In this document: positions 37,479 through 50,565 of the stretch, in pieces
How the letters are laid out: each line of letters begins with the position of its first letter
Numbering within the stretch: the stretch's first letter is position 1
Assembly (NCBI RefSeq): GCF_009914755.1
Contig: NC_060930.1
Reading direction: 5' to 3' (one strand)
Source: the human T2T-CHM13v2.0 reference genome, Homo sapiens
Length of the DNA stretch: 64,000 nt
Program-made: the position numbers and the translations under genes
Notes under the pieces: model-generated
The model's input: only the letters and a program-made list of their open reading frames with translations
What the model was told of the DNA's origin: nothing
The model's database searches: none

Positions 37479-38957
37479 ATATCCCTTCTGTTTTAATTTA
37501 GAGGAACATTTTATTATTCTTAGTATTTTTCCTTGACTCACAATTTACTCTTCTTAATTTTAAAATATGTAATTTTTGGGAAAAATAATTTCTATGAGTA
37601 GTTGTAAGTGCCACCAATTTTGGTATGAAACAGATCATTCTCTCTACATTTGAAAACAAACCAACAAAGTCTTGTTCATTATACTAAAGATATGATATAT
37701 TGTAAGTAATTTCATTTTCTAGTAAATACATGATTAATAAAGTAAACCTTTTAATTTAAAATGGAGTCACTTAAACAGCACACTTTGCTGTTTTATTAAT
37801 ATTTTATGAAAATGTATGCATTGATGATTAGAAATTTTCTACAGTAGTTTTATAAACATGTTGTGCATCTTCATAGTGAAGGTTGTATAAAAGATTGGAT
37901 TAAAAGAACACTTTGTTGTTTGCTAAATAAGTCTTTTCTCTCTTATTTGTCACTATCTCCTAAATTTGAACTTAAACAAATAATTACATTGAGATATAAA
38001 ATGTGAATTCCAATTCATCAATATTACTTTAGAATCAATAATTAGAAGGAATTCTATTTTAATAAATGAACAAATCCACATTACAAATCATTACTGAAAG
38101 TATCAACCACTCACTGGTTATGAGGTTTCTTATTAATTATTTTGGCATCAAGGAGAGAAGGAATATTCAGTTACTGAGTCAATTCTCTCACTGTTCTGTG
38201 TATATTTTCACTAAACCATAAATACTCAGAAATTTTTGAAGATAAAAAAGTCAATGATGGAGTATAGGAGAGAAAGGAAATTAAAGTTTCAAGCTAGTGT
38301 TACTGATTAAATGATAAAACAATTGCAGTAAATGCAGAAGAAAAAAATTATTTTATTTGGGGGGAGTTGGAACTCTTTGAGTTTGAGATACCACTACCAG
38401 CCTACTGTTGGCAACGAGGCATTACAGTTTACAACCATGTTAACACAGCCACAAATTATGTTTAGAATCCTCTGCGAGGAGGTCAGAACTGAATAGTAAA
38501 GTGAATGAGATAACTCTGAGACTGAATGTGTGACACAGAAGTGAGAAGACTATGGAAAAACACTATTATCTATAGTTTGAAAATTATATGGGAAAGAGAA
38601 GCAAGCAAACAGGCAGGGAAAAGGTCAGAGATATTGGAAGATAAACAGATGATGGAATGGTAAGGAACCCAAGGAAGGATAGGATTTTTAGAACAGAGAT
38701 AAAGCCCAAACCAGTGGTTTGGTGGTCTACAAAATTTGTACTGACATTCCTCCTAAAATAATTTTGAAAAACTCTGGCCCCTCACACATGTTTAACATCT
38801 AAAAATATTCAACACAGGTATAAATAATTTTAGAGAATGTAATTTACAACATACTATAGATGTTGATATAGTGTTATATGACTCTTCTCAATGTACTCAA
38901 TGGAATATAAAAAACAGCAACTTGATACCCACCATCATCTACTATAAAAACAGATTA

Positions 38958-41900
38958 GAGGAGGCAGGGTCAAGATGGCCAACCAGAAACAGTGGCGTTC
39001 AGAGCCTCCCATTAGAAAAACAAAACAAAACAGAATAAGCATGTGAATCCTTCACCAGCAACCAAGATATCCAGGTTCTCTCATCAGAACTGACTAGGAG
39101 GCTGGCATGACCCACAGAGAGAAGGAAGAACAGTGTGATGTGGTGGCCTACCTGAGAGCCATACAGCACAGGGGAGCCCCCTCCTCCCAGCCAAGGGAGG
39201 CAATGAGTGAGCATGCTACCTGGCCTGGGAAACCATGCTTTTTCCACGGAAGAGTGCAACCCACAGATTGGAAAATCCCACTCTTGAACCCTCGTCACTG
39301 AGGCCTAACTGTCCCAACCCTGGAATGTGCAGATTCTCAAAAGCCTCTCAGCTGGAATCTGCTTAAGCCTACCAAACACCTGCGGGAAGGGGTGACCCAT
39401 ATCTGCAGCTGTGGCTGCCTGCTTTCTAAGCTGTTTGAGCTCCTTGGGGGAGGGGCAGCAGCCAGCACTGGGACTGGCAACTGCCTAACACAGTAAGCTC
39501 CCTGGATAGGGGAAGGGTGGCATCCAGCTCTGTAGCTACAGGCTGCACTTTTACCCTGCTAGAGCCAGGGAGGCTGGATGGCTTGGTCCTAAGACTTGTC
39601 CCCCACAGCCTAATACACTGGCCGTAGCAGTCTGTGGCCAGAGTGCCCCTTCAGGCCTGACCCTGACCCGTGCATCATCATTGGGCAGGGCTTTCCTGCA
39701 GGAGGAACTCCAATAACTCCAGCCTTAGGCTCAGGGACAGAACCCGGATCTCCCTGGGCCTGAGCCCCTAGAAGGAGGGGTGGCTGTAGTCTCTGCAAAC
39801 CAGCAGACCTAGCCTTTCCTCCTGGTAGTTCTGAGGAATCCAGGCAGCCCAGAAAAGTGGGTTTCCCCACAGCAAGGCACACCCCCTCCACCAAGGGACA
39901 AAGTGCTTCATTAAATGGGTCCTATTCCCCGTGCCACCAACTGGGTGAGACCCTCCAACAGGGGTTGTCGGACACCTTATACAGGAGTGATCCTCCTGGC
40001 ATCAGGTTGGTGCCCCTTGAGGTCAGTGGTCCCAGAAGAAGGGGCAGACACCCATTTTTGCTGTTCTCCAGCCTCTCTGAGTGACATCTCCAGGTGCAGG
40101 AGCAAATCAGATGAATAGGGCCTGAAGTGAACCCCCAGCAAACCACAGCAGCCCTACAGAAGAGGAACCTAACCATTGAAAGAAAAACAAGCAGAAAGCA
40201 ACAACTACAGCATCAACAATAACAACAACAACAAAAGCCCCCAAAAAACCCCATCTAAGGGTCAACAGCCTTGAAGACCAAAACTAGACAAACTCATGAA
40301 GATGAGAAAGAATTGGAAAAAAATGCTGAAAACCCAAAAGGCCAGAGTGCCTCTCCTCCTCCAAATGATCACAGTGTCTCTCCATCAAGGGCACAGAACT
40401 GGATGGAGGATCAGATGGACAAATTGACAGAAGTAGGCTTTAGAAGATGGGTAATAAAAAACTATGCTGAGCTAAAGGAGCATGTTCTAACCCAATGCAA
40501 ACAAGCTAAGAACTTTTATAAAAGGTTAAAGGAATTGCTAACTAGAATAACCAGTTTAGAGAGGAACATAAACTACCTGATGGAGCTGAAAAACACAGCT
40601 TGAGAACTTCGTGAAGCATGCACAAGTATCAATAGCTGAACTGACAAAGCAGAAGAAAGGATATCAGAGTTTGAAGACCACTTTTCTGGCATAAGGCATG
40701 CAGACAAGACTAGAGAAAAAAGAATGAAAAGGAATGAACAAAACCTCCAGGAAATGTGGGACTTCATAAAAAGACTGAACCTATGACTGACTGGGGTACC
40801 AGAAGGAGACAGAGAGAATGGAAACAAGCTGGAAAACACACTTCAGGATATTATCCAGGAGAACTTCCCCAACCTAGCAAGACAGCCCAACATGCAAATT
40901 CAGGAAATTCAGACAACACCATTAAGATACTCCATGAGAAGATCAACCCCAAGACATAATCATCAGATTCTCCAATGTTCAAATGAAGGAAAAACTGTTA
41001 AGGCAGCCAGAGAGAACAGCCAGGTCACCTACAAAGTGAAGCCCATCAGACTAACGTGAAACTCTCAGCAGAAACTCTACTATCCAGAAGAGATTGAGGG
41101 CCAATATTCAACATTCTTAAAGAATTTTCAACCCATAATTTCATATACAGCCAAACTAAGCTTCATAAGCAGAGGATCAATAAAATCCTTTTCAGACAAG
41201 CAAATTCTGAGTGATTTCATTACCACCAGGCCTGCCCTGCAAGAGGTCCTGAAAGAAGCACTAAATATGGAAAGGAAACACTGGTACCAGCTACTGCAAA
41301 AACACACCAAAATATAAAGACAGATAACACTATGAAGAAACTGCATCAAATAATGTGCAAAATAACCAGCTAGCATCATGACGACAGGATCAAATTCACA
41401 CATAGCAATACTAACCTTAAATGTAAATGGGCTAAGTGCCCACAATTAAAAGACACAGACTGGCAAATTGGATAAAGAGTCAACAACCATTGGTGTGCTG
41501 TATTCAGGAGACCCATCTCATGTGCAAAGACACACATAGGCTCAAAAAAAAGGGATGGAGGAAAATTTACCAAGCAAATGGAAAGCACAAAATAGCAGGG
41601 GTTGCAATACTAGTTCTGACAAAATAGACTTTAAATCAATAAAGATAAAAAAGGACAAAGAAGGGCATTACATAATGGTAAAGGGATCAATGCAACAAGA
41701 AGAGCTAACTATCCTAAATATATATGCACCCAATACCGGGGCACCCAGATTCATAAAGCAAGTTCTTAGAGACCTACAAACAGACACTCCCACACAATAA
41801 TAGTGGGATACTTTAACACCCCACTGTCAGTATTAGACAGATCAATGAGACATAAAATTAACAAGGATATTCAGGACTTGAACTCAGTTCTGGATCAAGT

Positions 41901-42778
41901 GGACCTGGTAGATGTCTACAGATCCTCTACCCCAAATCAATAGAGTATACAATCTTCTCAGTGCCACATGGTACTTATTCTAAAATTGACCACACAATTG
42001 GAAGTAAAACACTCCTCAGCAAATGTAAAAGAACTGAAATCATAACAAACAGTCTCTCAGACCACCATGCAATCAAATTAGAACCCAGGATTAAGAAGCT
42101 CACTCAAAACCACACAATTACATAGAAATTGAATAACCTGCTCCTGAATGACTCCTGGATAAATAATGAAATTTAGGCAGAAATCAAGAAGTTATTTGAA
42201 ACCAATGAGAACAAAGAGACAGCATACCAGAATCTCTGGGACACAGCTAAAGCAGTGTTAAGAGGGAAATTTATAGCACTAAATGCCCACGTCAGAAAGC
42301 TAAAAAGATCTAACATCACAATTAAAACAGCTAGAGAGGCAAGAGCAAACTAATCCAAAACTAGCAGAAGATAAGAAATAACTAAGATCAGAGAAGAATT
42401 GAAGGAGATAGAGATAAGAAAAACCCTCCAAAATAATCAGTGAATCCAGGAGATTGTTTTTTGAAAAAATTAACAAAATAGATAGACCACCAGCTAGACT
42501 AATAAAGAAGAAAAGAGAGAATCAAATAGGCACAATAAAAAATAATAAAGGGGATATCACCACTGACCCCACAGAAATACAAGCTACCATCAGAGAATAC
42601 TATAAACACCTCTATGCAAATAAACTAGAAAATCTAGAAGAAATTGATAAATTCCTGGACGCATACACCCTACCAAGACTAAACCAGGAAGAAGCTGAAT
42701 CCCTGAATAGACCAATAACAAGCTCTGAAATTGAGGCAATAATTAATAGCTTATCAACCAAAAAAAAAAGCCCAGGAC
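38958..42778 (+). mobile_element. LINE-1 (L1PA13-16/L1PREC2 type): 5'UTR, ORF1 and 5' part of ORF2; 3' end missing
   Basis: YY1-like caagatggcc at 38971-38980; ORF1 remnants (SPSRAQNWME..LTEVGFRRWVIKN); ORF2 start atgacgacaggatcaaattcacac at 41378; EN motif LNIYAPNTGAPRFIKQ; ends abruptly at KKSPG. Confidence 0.95.
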
Positions 42779-42789
42779 ATACACATACA

Positions 42790-43048
42790 TAATTTACTTA
42801 TCTTGTGTATTTATGTTTCCTTGTCTGTTTTCACTTACTAGCATGTAAGCTCCATGTGGAAGTCAGTAAGCTTGCTTGCTTTTTCCTTCCTTCCTTCCTT
42901 TCCTTCCTTCCTCCCTCCTTCCCTCCCTTCCTTCTCTTCTTCCTCTTCCTCTTCTTTCTTTCTCTTTTCTTTTTCTTTCCTTTCTTTCTTTTTCCTTCCT
43001 TCCTTCCTTTCTCTCTCTCTCTCCATCCCCCCACTCTGCCTCTCCCCA

Positions 43049-43087
<39 letters not shown>

Positions 43088-43160
43088 CCTCCCTCCCCAA
43101 ACACCTAGAATAATGGCTGGCAAATAATATGTGTCCAGAAATGGTTTTATAAATAAAAAG
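42790..43160 (+). mobile_element. L2 3' end split by a simple repeat
   Basis: ctagcatgtaagctccatg before the repeat and ccccaaacacctagaataatggctggcaaata after it. Confidence 0.55.
42878..43098. repeat. Compound polypyrimidine microsatellite (TTCC)n/(CTT)n/(CT)n
   Basis: ~220 bp of almost pure C/T on the plus strand. Confidence 0.95.
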
Positions 43161-43899
43161 CATTGAAACTTCACATATACTTAATTTAATGTATGGAAAA
43201 TAGCCCCATAAAAATACAATTACCAGGCCAGTCCTCAATTATCAACCTATCTGACATAGGTTCTTTCCAAAAGTGTCTGATTTCATCTTTCCTTTTTAAA
43301 TAACTGTGTTAGTACTCAACCTCAAGGCAAGCATCATAATTTTGAATTGGAATTCTAAAAGAGCTAAGTAAGGTTGGCAGGGAGATGGAGCAGAAGGATG
43401 AATAAATCCTCAGGAGCTCAATATGTCCTCAGGACCTTGCCCAGAACTGGGGACCTGGATGGAATGAGGTGCTGCTACCTTCAGTACTGTTTCCTTTACT
43501 TTGCCCACAGGGGAACCTCCCTCCAGAGCACTGTATTCTTTGAAGGCAGCCCAAGGATGAAATCAATGAGTACAAGAATAAAAATTCTTATTACTCTGGG
43601 AATTCAGAACAGTTACACACATGACACAATCTCAAAGTTCTAAAATCAAGTTTAACGTTAAGGACATATGTATATAACAGAGACAGACAAAATAGCCGGC
43701 CCAGGCCTTAATCAATATTTTGAATTGTCCCTTTATTTGCATCCAGAAGGCTCTTTTACATCATCCACTCCCCCACCCCGCCTTCCCCTTCTTCCAGGGG
43801 AATGTATTTTAGTAAGATTGATAAATGAGAGTTATAACTATCTTTTCTAAAATGGGAAAAGGAGGTGTCATAAAGCAGAACCAGAGTGACACTTAAATC

Positions 43900-44049
43900 C
43901 AGGACCAGCTACTTAATTTGTGAACCAGAAATGTAGAGCCCTTTTTATTAAAAAAATTATTAAGAATTTTCAGATGGTGACAGAGAACATTAAACCAGGG
44001 TGTGACCCTGTGCTGCTGCACAGATCACATGCCCATGAAGCTGGCCCTG
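43900..44049 (-). mobile_element. MER45A-like hAT MITE
   Basis: Termini caggaccagct / agctggccctg; internal aaattattaagaatttt...cattaaacca...tgcacagatcacatgcccatgaag. Confidence 0.8.
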
Positions 44050-44907
44050 ACTGAATGACTTCAACATACACATTCCAGGGGCAAGTCAGTTTTAGGAAAG
44101 AGTACCTAAAGAAGGTGAGAACTTAGAAATAGATTCCCTTATGACTCCCCATTTCCACTTGTCTCTTAGAAAGTCTGTGTACCACGAGAGATACGTGAAC
44201 TCCAGCTTATCTGGGGTTTTCCACTAATTACATCCTCAAGTAAGTTCAAGATTGAATTACACATCGAGAGAGTTTATGTCACAATTATTTTATGACATCA
44301 GAAAATTCAAAAATGATTTTTTAGCTTTTCTTTTGAGTTACTCCTGTTGACTGCATGAAAAAGTTATAGCTCTGGGCAACACAGCACACATTCCTTATTT
44401 TATATCTATGAAATCCACAAGATAGGAAGGCCAACTAAATCTTACCAGATACCAAAGAAAATAGAAAGTAATAGACCTCAATAAATCCTATAAAAATGCT
44501 ACATATGTGATTAAGACCTTTAAATTTATGACCATTATTAAAAACTTCCAGCATTAAAAATGGATTTATAAGGAATTCTGTGTGTTTGAAATTATTCAAA
44601 AGGGGAAATAACAACAAAGTAGAGTTAACTGGGACAGAGATCAAGGAATTAAACTGCATAGTCACTGTGACAATGACTCAGGTTTGTTAAGAGAGGGTTG
44701 GATGGCTCTTAAATGTTAATAGGACACCTCTCTGCAAGCCGATGGCTGATCAGATGTCTCTGGAATATATTACATCACAGGTCCTGCGGGTCTGGGGTTA
44801 TACATAAACAGTTGCTATCTTCTGGTCTCCAAGGCTACACTACAGTCTGTGCAAATTAATTTCATTATAGTGTTGTTTTACATCATGAGCATTTGAAAAC
44901 AGTTCAT

Positions 44908-45042
44908 CATGGGGTTTCTCAAAGTTTACTTCCCTACTATCTACCTCCACTGTATCAGAATCCCTTGAGGGACAGCCCAGAAAGCTGTATTTTTGAAAAA
45001 GCTTCCTAGATGGTTCTTGAGCATCATCTAGTTTTGGAAAAT
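44908..45042. mobile_element. MER5-like MITE remnant
   Basis: ggtttctcaaagt...atcagaatcccttg...ctgtatttttgaaaaagcttcctagatggttct. Confidence 0.55.
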
Positions 45043-45054
45043 TTTTGTATCATG

Positions 45055-45275
45055 AGATATGGAAAACTAAGGCCTAGAAGCCAAATCTGATCCAACACCT
45101 GTTTTTGTAAATAAAATTATTTTGTAACACAGCCATTCCCATTCATTTACCCATAGTCTATGATTTCTTTCACAACCAAGGACAGAGTTGAATGGTTGGG
45201 TCACAGACTGTGTGGCTTGCAAAGCCTAAAATGTTTACTATCTGACACTTTATAAAAAAAGTTGACCAATCTCTG
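45055..45275 (+). mobile_element. MER58A
   Basis: gccaaatctgatcca...ctgtttttgtaaataaa...gcaaagcctaaaatgtttactatctg...gaccaatctctg. Confidence 0.82.
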
Positions 45276-46989
45276 TTCTGTCCTTTTAAGCAAACTTTAA
45301 CTTATTCATCCCAATAATACTTTTACCAGTACTGAGGATAAATTTTGAAATTTTGAAAATGATTTCCATTTTTTTCCTTAGTAGAAAAGTACTCTTAATC
45401 TAGAGTGCATATTTGTGGTGAAAGGTGGTCTTTGTTGCTGCCTAAAAACAGAATGTCCCAGATGCAATCCATAATCTTCTGGGTGGGGCTGTATTTTAGC
45501 AAAGATTCATTCACTGATTCACATTTCAGTCTATATTTATAAAGCAAAACTTTGAATTTTTAGTCCTTTGCTCAGACCCATAATTTCAGGATTAAATTAC
45601 GCTCTGCTCCTCTCTAGAGGCTGAACCTTCAGGAAAGACCATCCAGTTTTAGCTCTGCAAGTCTCCAATTCTCTGAGGCAGTCTGTGACCTTTTATGGCT
45701 AAGCTTTGCTTTATCTCTTGCATGGCTATGCAAGCTTGTAGCTCACAAGGTTAAAATTATCATATATGCCTTTGAAAATATGGAAGGGCTGAGAGATCTG
45801 TCTGTCCCAATAAATACTCTATTAAGTTTATTTAAATAAAAGAAGTATCAACTGATGGCCTTGTGTGTTTAATACTTCCTCAAAGGAATATACATGGAAT
45901 ATTCTGTTTGAGCTTTCTTTTTCCATTGTAATAATGTGATTTTTGGTCTCAGAACGTAACACTCTGTTTGAATAACATTAGATGTGGATTACTTATATTG
46001 TGCACTACTCACCTGAGATGTTTTGACTCAAAGAACTCAGAAGGCACCATAGACAGCAAATATGCTCTTCTTATTATTTTTACTAATGAGTATATCTAGG
46101 CTCCAAAAAGCTTATATAATTCGTAAATAGTTGATCAATACAATAACTATCTATTGAACATTAAACAATGTACTAAAGCTCTAGCGGTCCCAGATTTTGA
46201 TCTGTGGTCAATTGATAATATTCTATTAGGAGAAAATGACCAAAGCTATTTTATAGAAAAATTAATTGGCATTTCAGACTATTTGAAAATAAGATTTACT
46301 TAGATTATTAACATTTCCAGGATTATTTATTGATAAGATTTTCTATTTAGAAGACATAGTATGGAAAAGTGATGAAACATTAGAACTGAAAGAACTTTAA
46401 TAATTTTTCTAGTCCATGTTCCTTCTTTTTATTTAAGCTATTTGAGGAGAGTTGTTCCCTGCTCCATACAGATTATAATTTCTATGACACTGGAGAATTT
46501 GATCCTTACCTATCTTTCCTCCCATATTTCCCATACCCTATAAAAACCCTATATTCCTACCAAATGGAAGACGTACCCAGATGTGGTTTCTAATATCCCA
46601 CCTCTTGCTTACTTTCATCCTGGAGTGTCCTATTTCAGGATCTATAGTCATTTAAGTCCTACCATCTTTTATCATCACAAACTTATAGCTAGCTTCTTTT
46701 GCCTGGAATGTGGCACATCCCTGAGTCTCTCTCTCTCTTTCTCTCTCTTCTTTCTGAGGAGTTGAGTCAAGGTTGAGTCCATTCAACCTTGTTTGGTGTG
46801 CAGAACTTGGGCCTTGGGATGATGATCAAGATTTAAGACACAATTCTGAATATAACTTTTGTTAATTCAAAAGACTGTGGTAAGTTTCATAAAAATATTG
46901 TTACAAAAACTGAATTGGGTGATGTGTATTAAAACAATTTGTCTTTGAGAAGTTCTACACATATAAGTTGCTGTAGTCATGTATATATT

Positions 46990-47172
46990 TTAATCCTCAT
47001 AAGTGCAAGCATGGTCTTATTTATCTGTGCATCCATAAGGGCTAGGAACTTGTTATATTTTTCCTGGTATAGTTAGCACCAAACGCAATGCCTGGCATGT
47101 TTGGTATTCAATAAGTCTTTACTACCTAACTGATTGATGAGTTGATTGATAAATGAGTAAATGATTGAATTA
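46990..47172 (+). mobile_element. L2 3' end
   Basis: caatgcctggcatgtttggtattcaataag followed by a decayed (TGAA)n-like tail. Confidence 0.6.
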
Positions 47173-47261
47173 AGAAATGAAATGGTATTTAATAAATACA
47201 GAAAAGTATGTTCTTTTCTATCCTCCATTCTTGTCCATTTTTATAAATGTCGTTTTTCTTT

Positions 47262-47539
47262 TTCTTTTTTTTTTTTTTTGAGACAGAGTCTCGCTCTGTC
47301 ACCCAGGCTGGAGTGCAGTGGCGCAATCTCGGCTCACTGCGAGCTCTGCCTCCTGGGTTCACACCATTCTCTTGCCTTAGCCTCCCGAGTAGATGGGACT
47401 ACAGGCACCCACCACCACACCCGGCTAATTTTTTTTGTGTGTGTGTATTTTTAGTAGAGGCGGGGTTTCACCGTGTTAGCCAGGATGGTCTTGATCTCCT
47501 AACCTCATGATCTTCCCGCCTCGGCCTCCCAAAGTGCTG
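47262..47539 (-). mobile_element. AluY, slightly 5'-truncated, with (GT)n in the middle linker
   Basis: Y diagnostics ggttcacaccattctc and ccgtgttagccaggatgg; TSD-like tgtcgtttttcttt / tgtggtttttcttt. Confidence 0.92.
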
Positions 47540-50319
47540 TGGTTTTTCTTTGTCTGAACAGTTAACAGTACATTCATCTGTATTTCCATAGTATTTGGAA
47601 AATAACTTTAGACATAGTTTTTGACTTTATAACTTCCTTTGGCATGATATTGACTCATCATATTGAATAGTAATTGTGTAACAACATATTCATATCAGAA
47701 TGAGATTAGCTATTTTATTTTGTGTTAATCTCAGTACCTTCACTGTGTCAGAGACAAAATAGGTGCTCAATAAATTTTTGTCACATTGGATTAAATTAAA
47801 TGTGTTGCTTGTGCTTTTGTGTCATCACTCTGTTGTCTCTATCATAAGGAGGACTTTCACCTCCTATTATTTAGTTTTGCCTCCTGAGCCCTGGGGGTTT
47901 TTAGGGGATGATTTGGGGGAGGGGAGATTGGAATTTGTATTTACTGCATCTGAAGCAGATCATCACACAGGGACATATGAGGTGTATGTATAGGAGTGAG
48001 GTCAAGTCAAAGGAAAAGAATGGCCCCCCTTCTGCTACAGTCATGTATTCTATTTGATATTAATTGCCTTTCTAGATGATCAAATATCTGGCATATGAAA
48101 ATAAAATTATGTACTTCTCTGAACTAAACCCTTCGATGGCCCTGGAGATAAAGTTCAAACACTTTAAAATAAGGTTAGAAAGTCCTTCTTCACTTGGCCC
48201 TTCTTATTTCTAGGCTCTAGGTACAAGCAGCTTCTTGCAGACCTTTGTACCTACTATTTTCTCCTGCCTGCCTCTGCCTAGAACATTCCATATGCCCCTT
48301 TCCCTTCCTCACTCTTTCTCACCTTTCAAAAATTCCAGTGGGGCACTTAAAAGTTAGTTATCATGTGAGCCAGAGGGCCAGAATGGAAACTTGAGAGTAA
48401 CATGATTAGTTACAGAAAACATAGGGGACCCAAATTCTTCACATCCTGAAAGTTATGACAAACTTATTCCTCAGATATTGGCAGTTCTCAATGTCATCAG
48501 CAAATAAACAACAAAAATGTTTTCTTAAGCATGCTAGTCTTCACTGGAAGAATCTTAAACAGAAAGATCACTTCCCTTCTACATTGGTCTTTGGATGAAC
48601 ATTTTTCTTTTCTTAATCTGTTTCACACATAAAATGCAAGTAATCCAGACTGATTAAATAAGCTTGTTCATCAAAAACAAAATACACAAAATGTCATTTT
48701 GCATTTCATAAATATTTTTTCAGGTCTTAAATCCACTGAAAAATGCCCCCCCACCAAAAAAAAACAGTGAGACTTACAGATGAAGCCTTATGACTGACCA
48801 CATATCAAAGAGGCCCTGAGTCTCTCAGTACCTTCTTGACCAACCAGGCCTGCTCCCAGCCACACTTTCACTGTTGACTCTCCTCCTGGTTACCCATGGG
48901 AAGGTTTCATGACACTTTCCTTTTTATCTGCTTGCCATTTCTCACTAAGATTTGGCAGTCAGGATATGGCTTGTCTGGATTCCAAGGGCATCCGAAATTT
49001 AGAACCCGAATAGAAATGTGAAAAGGGAGGTTTGGGTTAACCTCTGGCCACTTGAAGGGCAGTCCTTTCAAACATTAGAAGGTCCCCAGTTCAGGAGAAT
49101 GGGGAAAAAAATTAGAGCACAATGATGTCCTCTAAAAACTTAACGTGTACTGGAAGTTGACCTGATAAATGGTCTCTCTCTTTTAACTGCAAACAGACTT
49201 CCCTCCTTAATATCTCAAGTAGGTCAGAAAACTTGTTTCTTGAGATAAAAATAATAACATTTTATTTCATTTTTCTATTTTTCAAATGTGTGCATACAAA
49301 ACTTTTCAATAAGGACACAAAGAGAAGGTATAGTTTTTTTCATAATTTCCATCTTCAGTATAGTATAAAACTTAAATTTTCATCCAAATTACCTTACTTC
49401 TTTCCCTTAAAGAGGTTATTCATTCACAACAACTTTCTGTTAAAAATGTTTGTCTTGAGAGAGCTATCGTACTAGAGTAAGCAAAGAAAAGTAAAATAAC
49501 AGTACATATACTCTACCTTGAAACCTCTTAGGGATGATCAGATTATTTCTCTTTGTCCTGCTCCCATGCATGGACTTTCTCAAATCTAAAAAACAGGATT
49601 ATTTTTAAAGGAAATTAATACATAGTGAAGAAAACCTAAAGGAATGAAAATTTTACCCAGAGATGTTTTTTATATTAAACTACCAACTATAGACCCCAAA
49701 TAGATACAATAATTAACCATCAATGAATGAGCCAATAAAGTTGTAGGACACTGTTTATTTTGTTACAGAAGTTCAAAAGCTGCCCTGATTTTTTCTAAAA
49801 TAACACCCTGAACATATCTATAGTCCTTTTCAATTTACAAAGGGATTTTTTCTCATCCTATGTCTCATTTGAGCCTTGTAACAAAGGTTTCTTTGGGGTC
49901 AAAAGTAGGTATCACTTTTAATACAAATTTTATTAAAAATTTTTCATTATTCTTTCCCATTTTACTTTTTATACCTCCTTGTCATAATTTTTACATTCTT
50001 TTAAAAAATTAGTTTATCAACCAAATTGTTATTTATTCAACACTTTTATGCATATGTCACCCTGTAGTTCTGAAATAAAACTGTATAAGATATAATCTCC
50101 CCTAATGGAGTCTGTATTTTATTTGGGTAGAGAAAAAAAATCCCTAATATGTATTCTAAAACTACAACCTATTTAAATAAATGTTTATGATGCTCATATG
50201 GTAAATGTCAAACACTCAAAGCATCATATATAAATTGATTCCAAATAAGTAGTTAAAGAACGGGTACCGGTCTGATTCCTTTCAAGCAAAAATATAGAAT
50301 GCAGATATTTGAGAATTTA

Positions 50320-50565
50320 GTGTTGCCAACACTTGAAATTTTCACATTAAGATTGCACTTTTTTTTTAAAACTTATCACTCATGGCAACATCAGGCCCAT
50401 ATTCCCATGTAATTCACGTGCATGGCTTGGAAGGAAGGCAGCTTTATCCAAAAGGGGTAAGTTGCATCCAATATTGAGGCTCTGTAAGGAACTATCTTGC
50501 TACAGCCAGCCCAGTTCATTCATTAAGATCCTGACCTCCATATGCAGCTAAGCTTGCAACCTCTG
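50320..50565. mobile_element. MER102-like hAT remnant
   Basis: tggcaacatcaggcccatattcccatg...gcagcttta...cttgcaacctctg. Confidence 0.5.

Noticed and set aside
42805-43238. Six overlapping ORFs of 83-135 aa rich in E/R/K or S/L/F
   Set aside because: Stop-free translations of the polypyrimidine microsatellite
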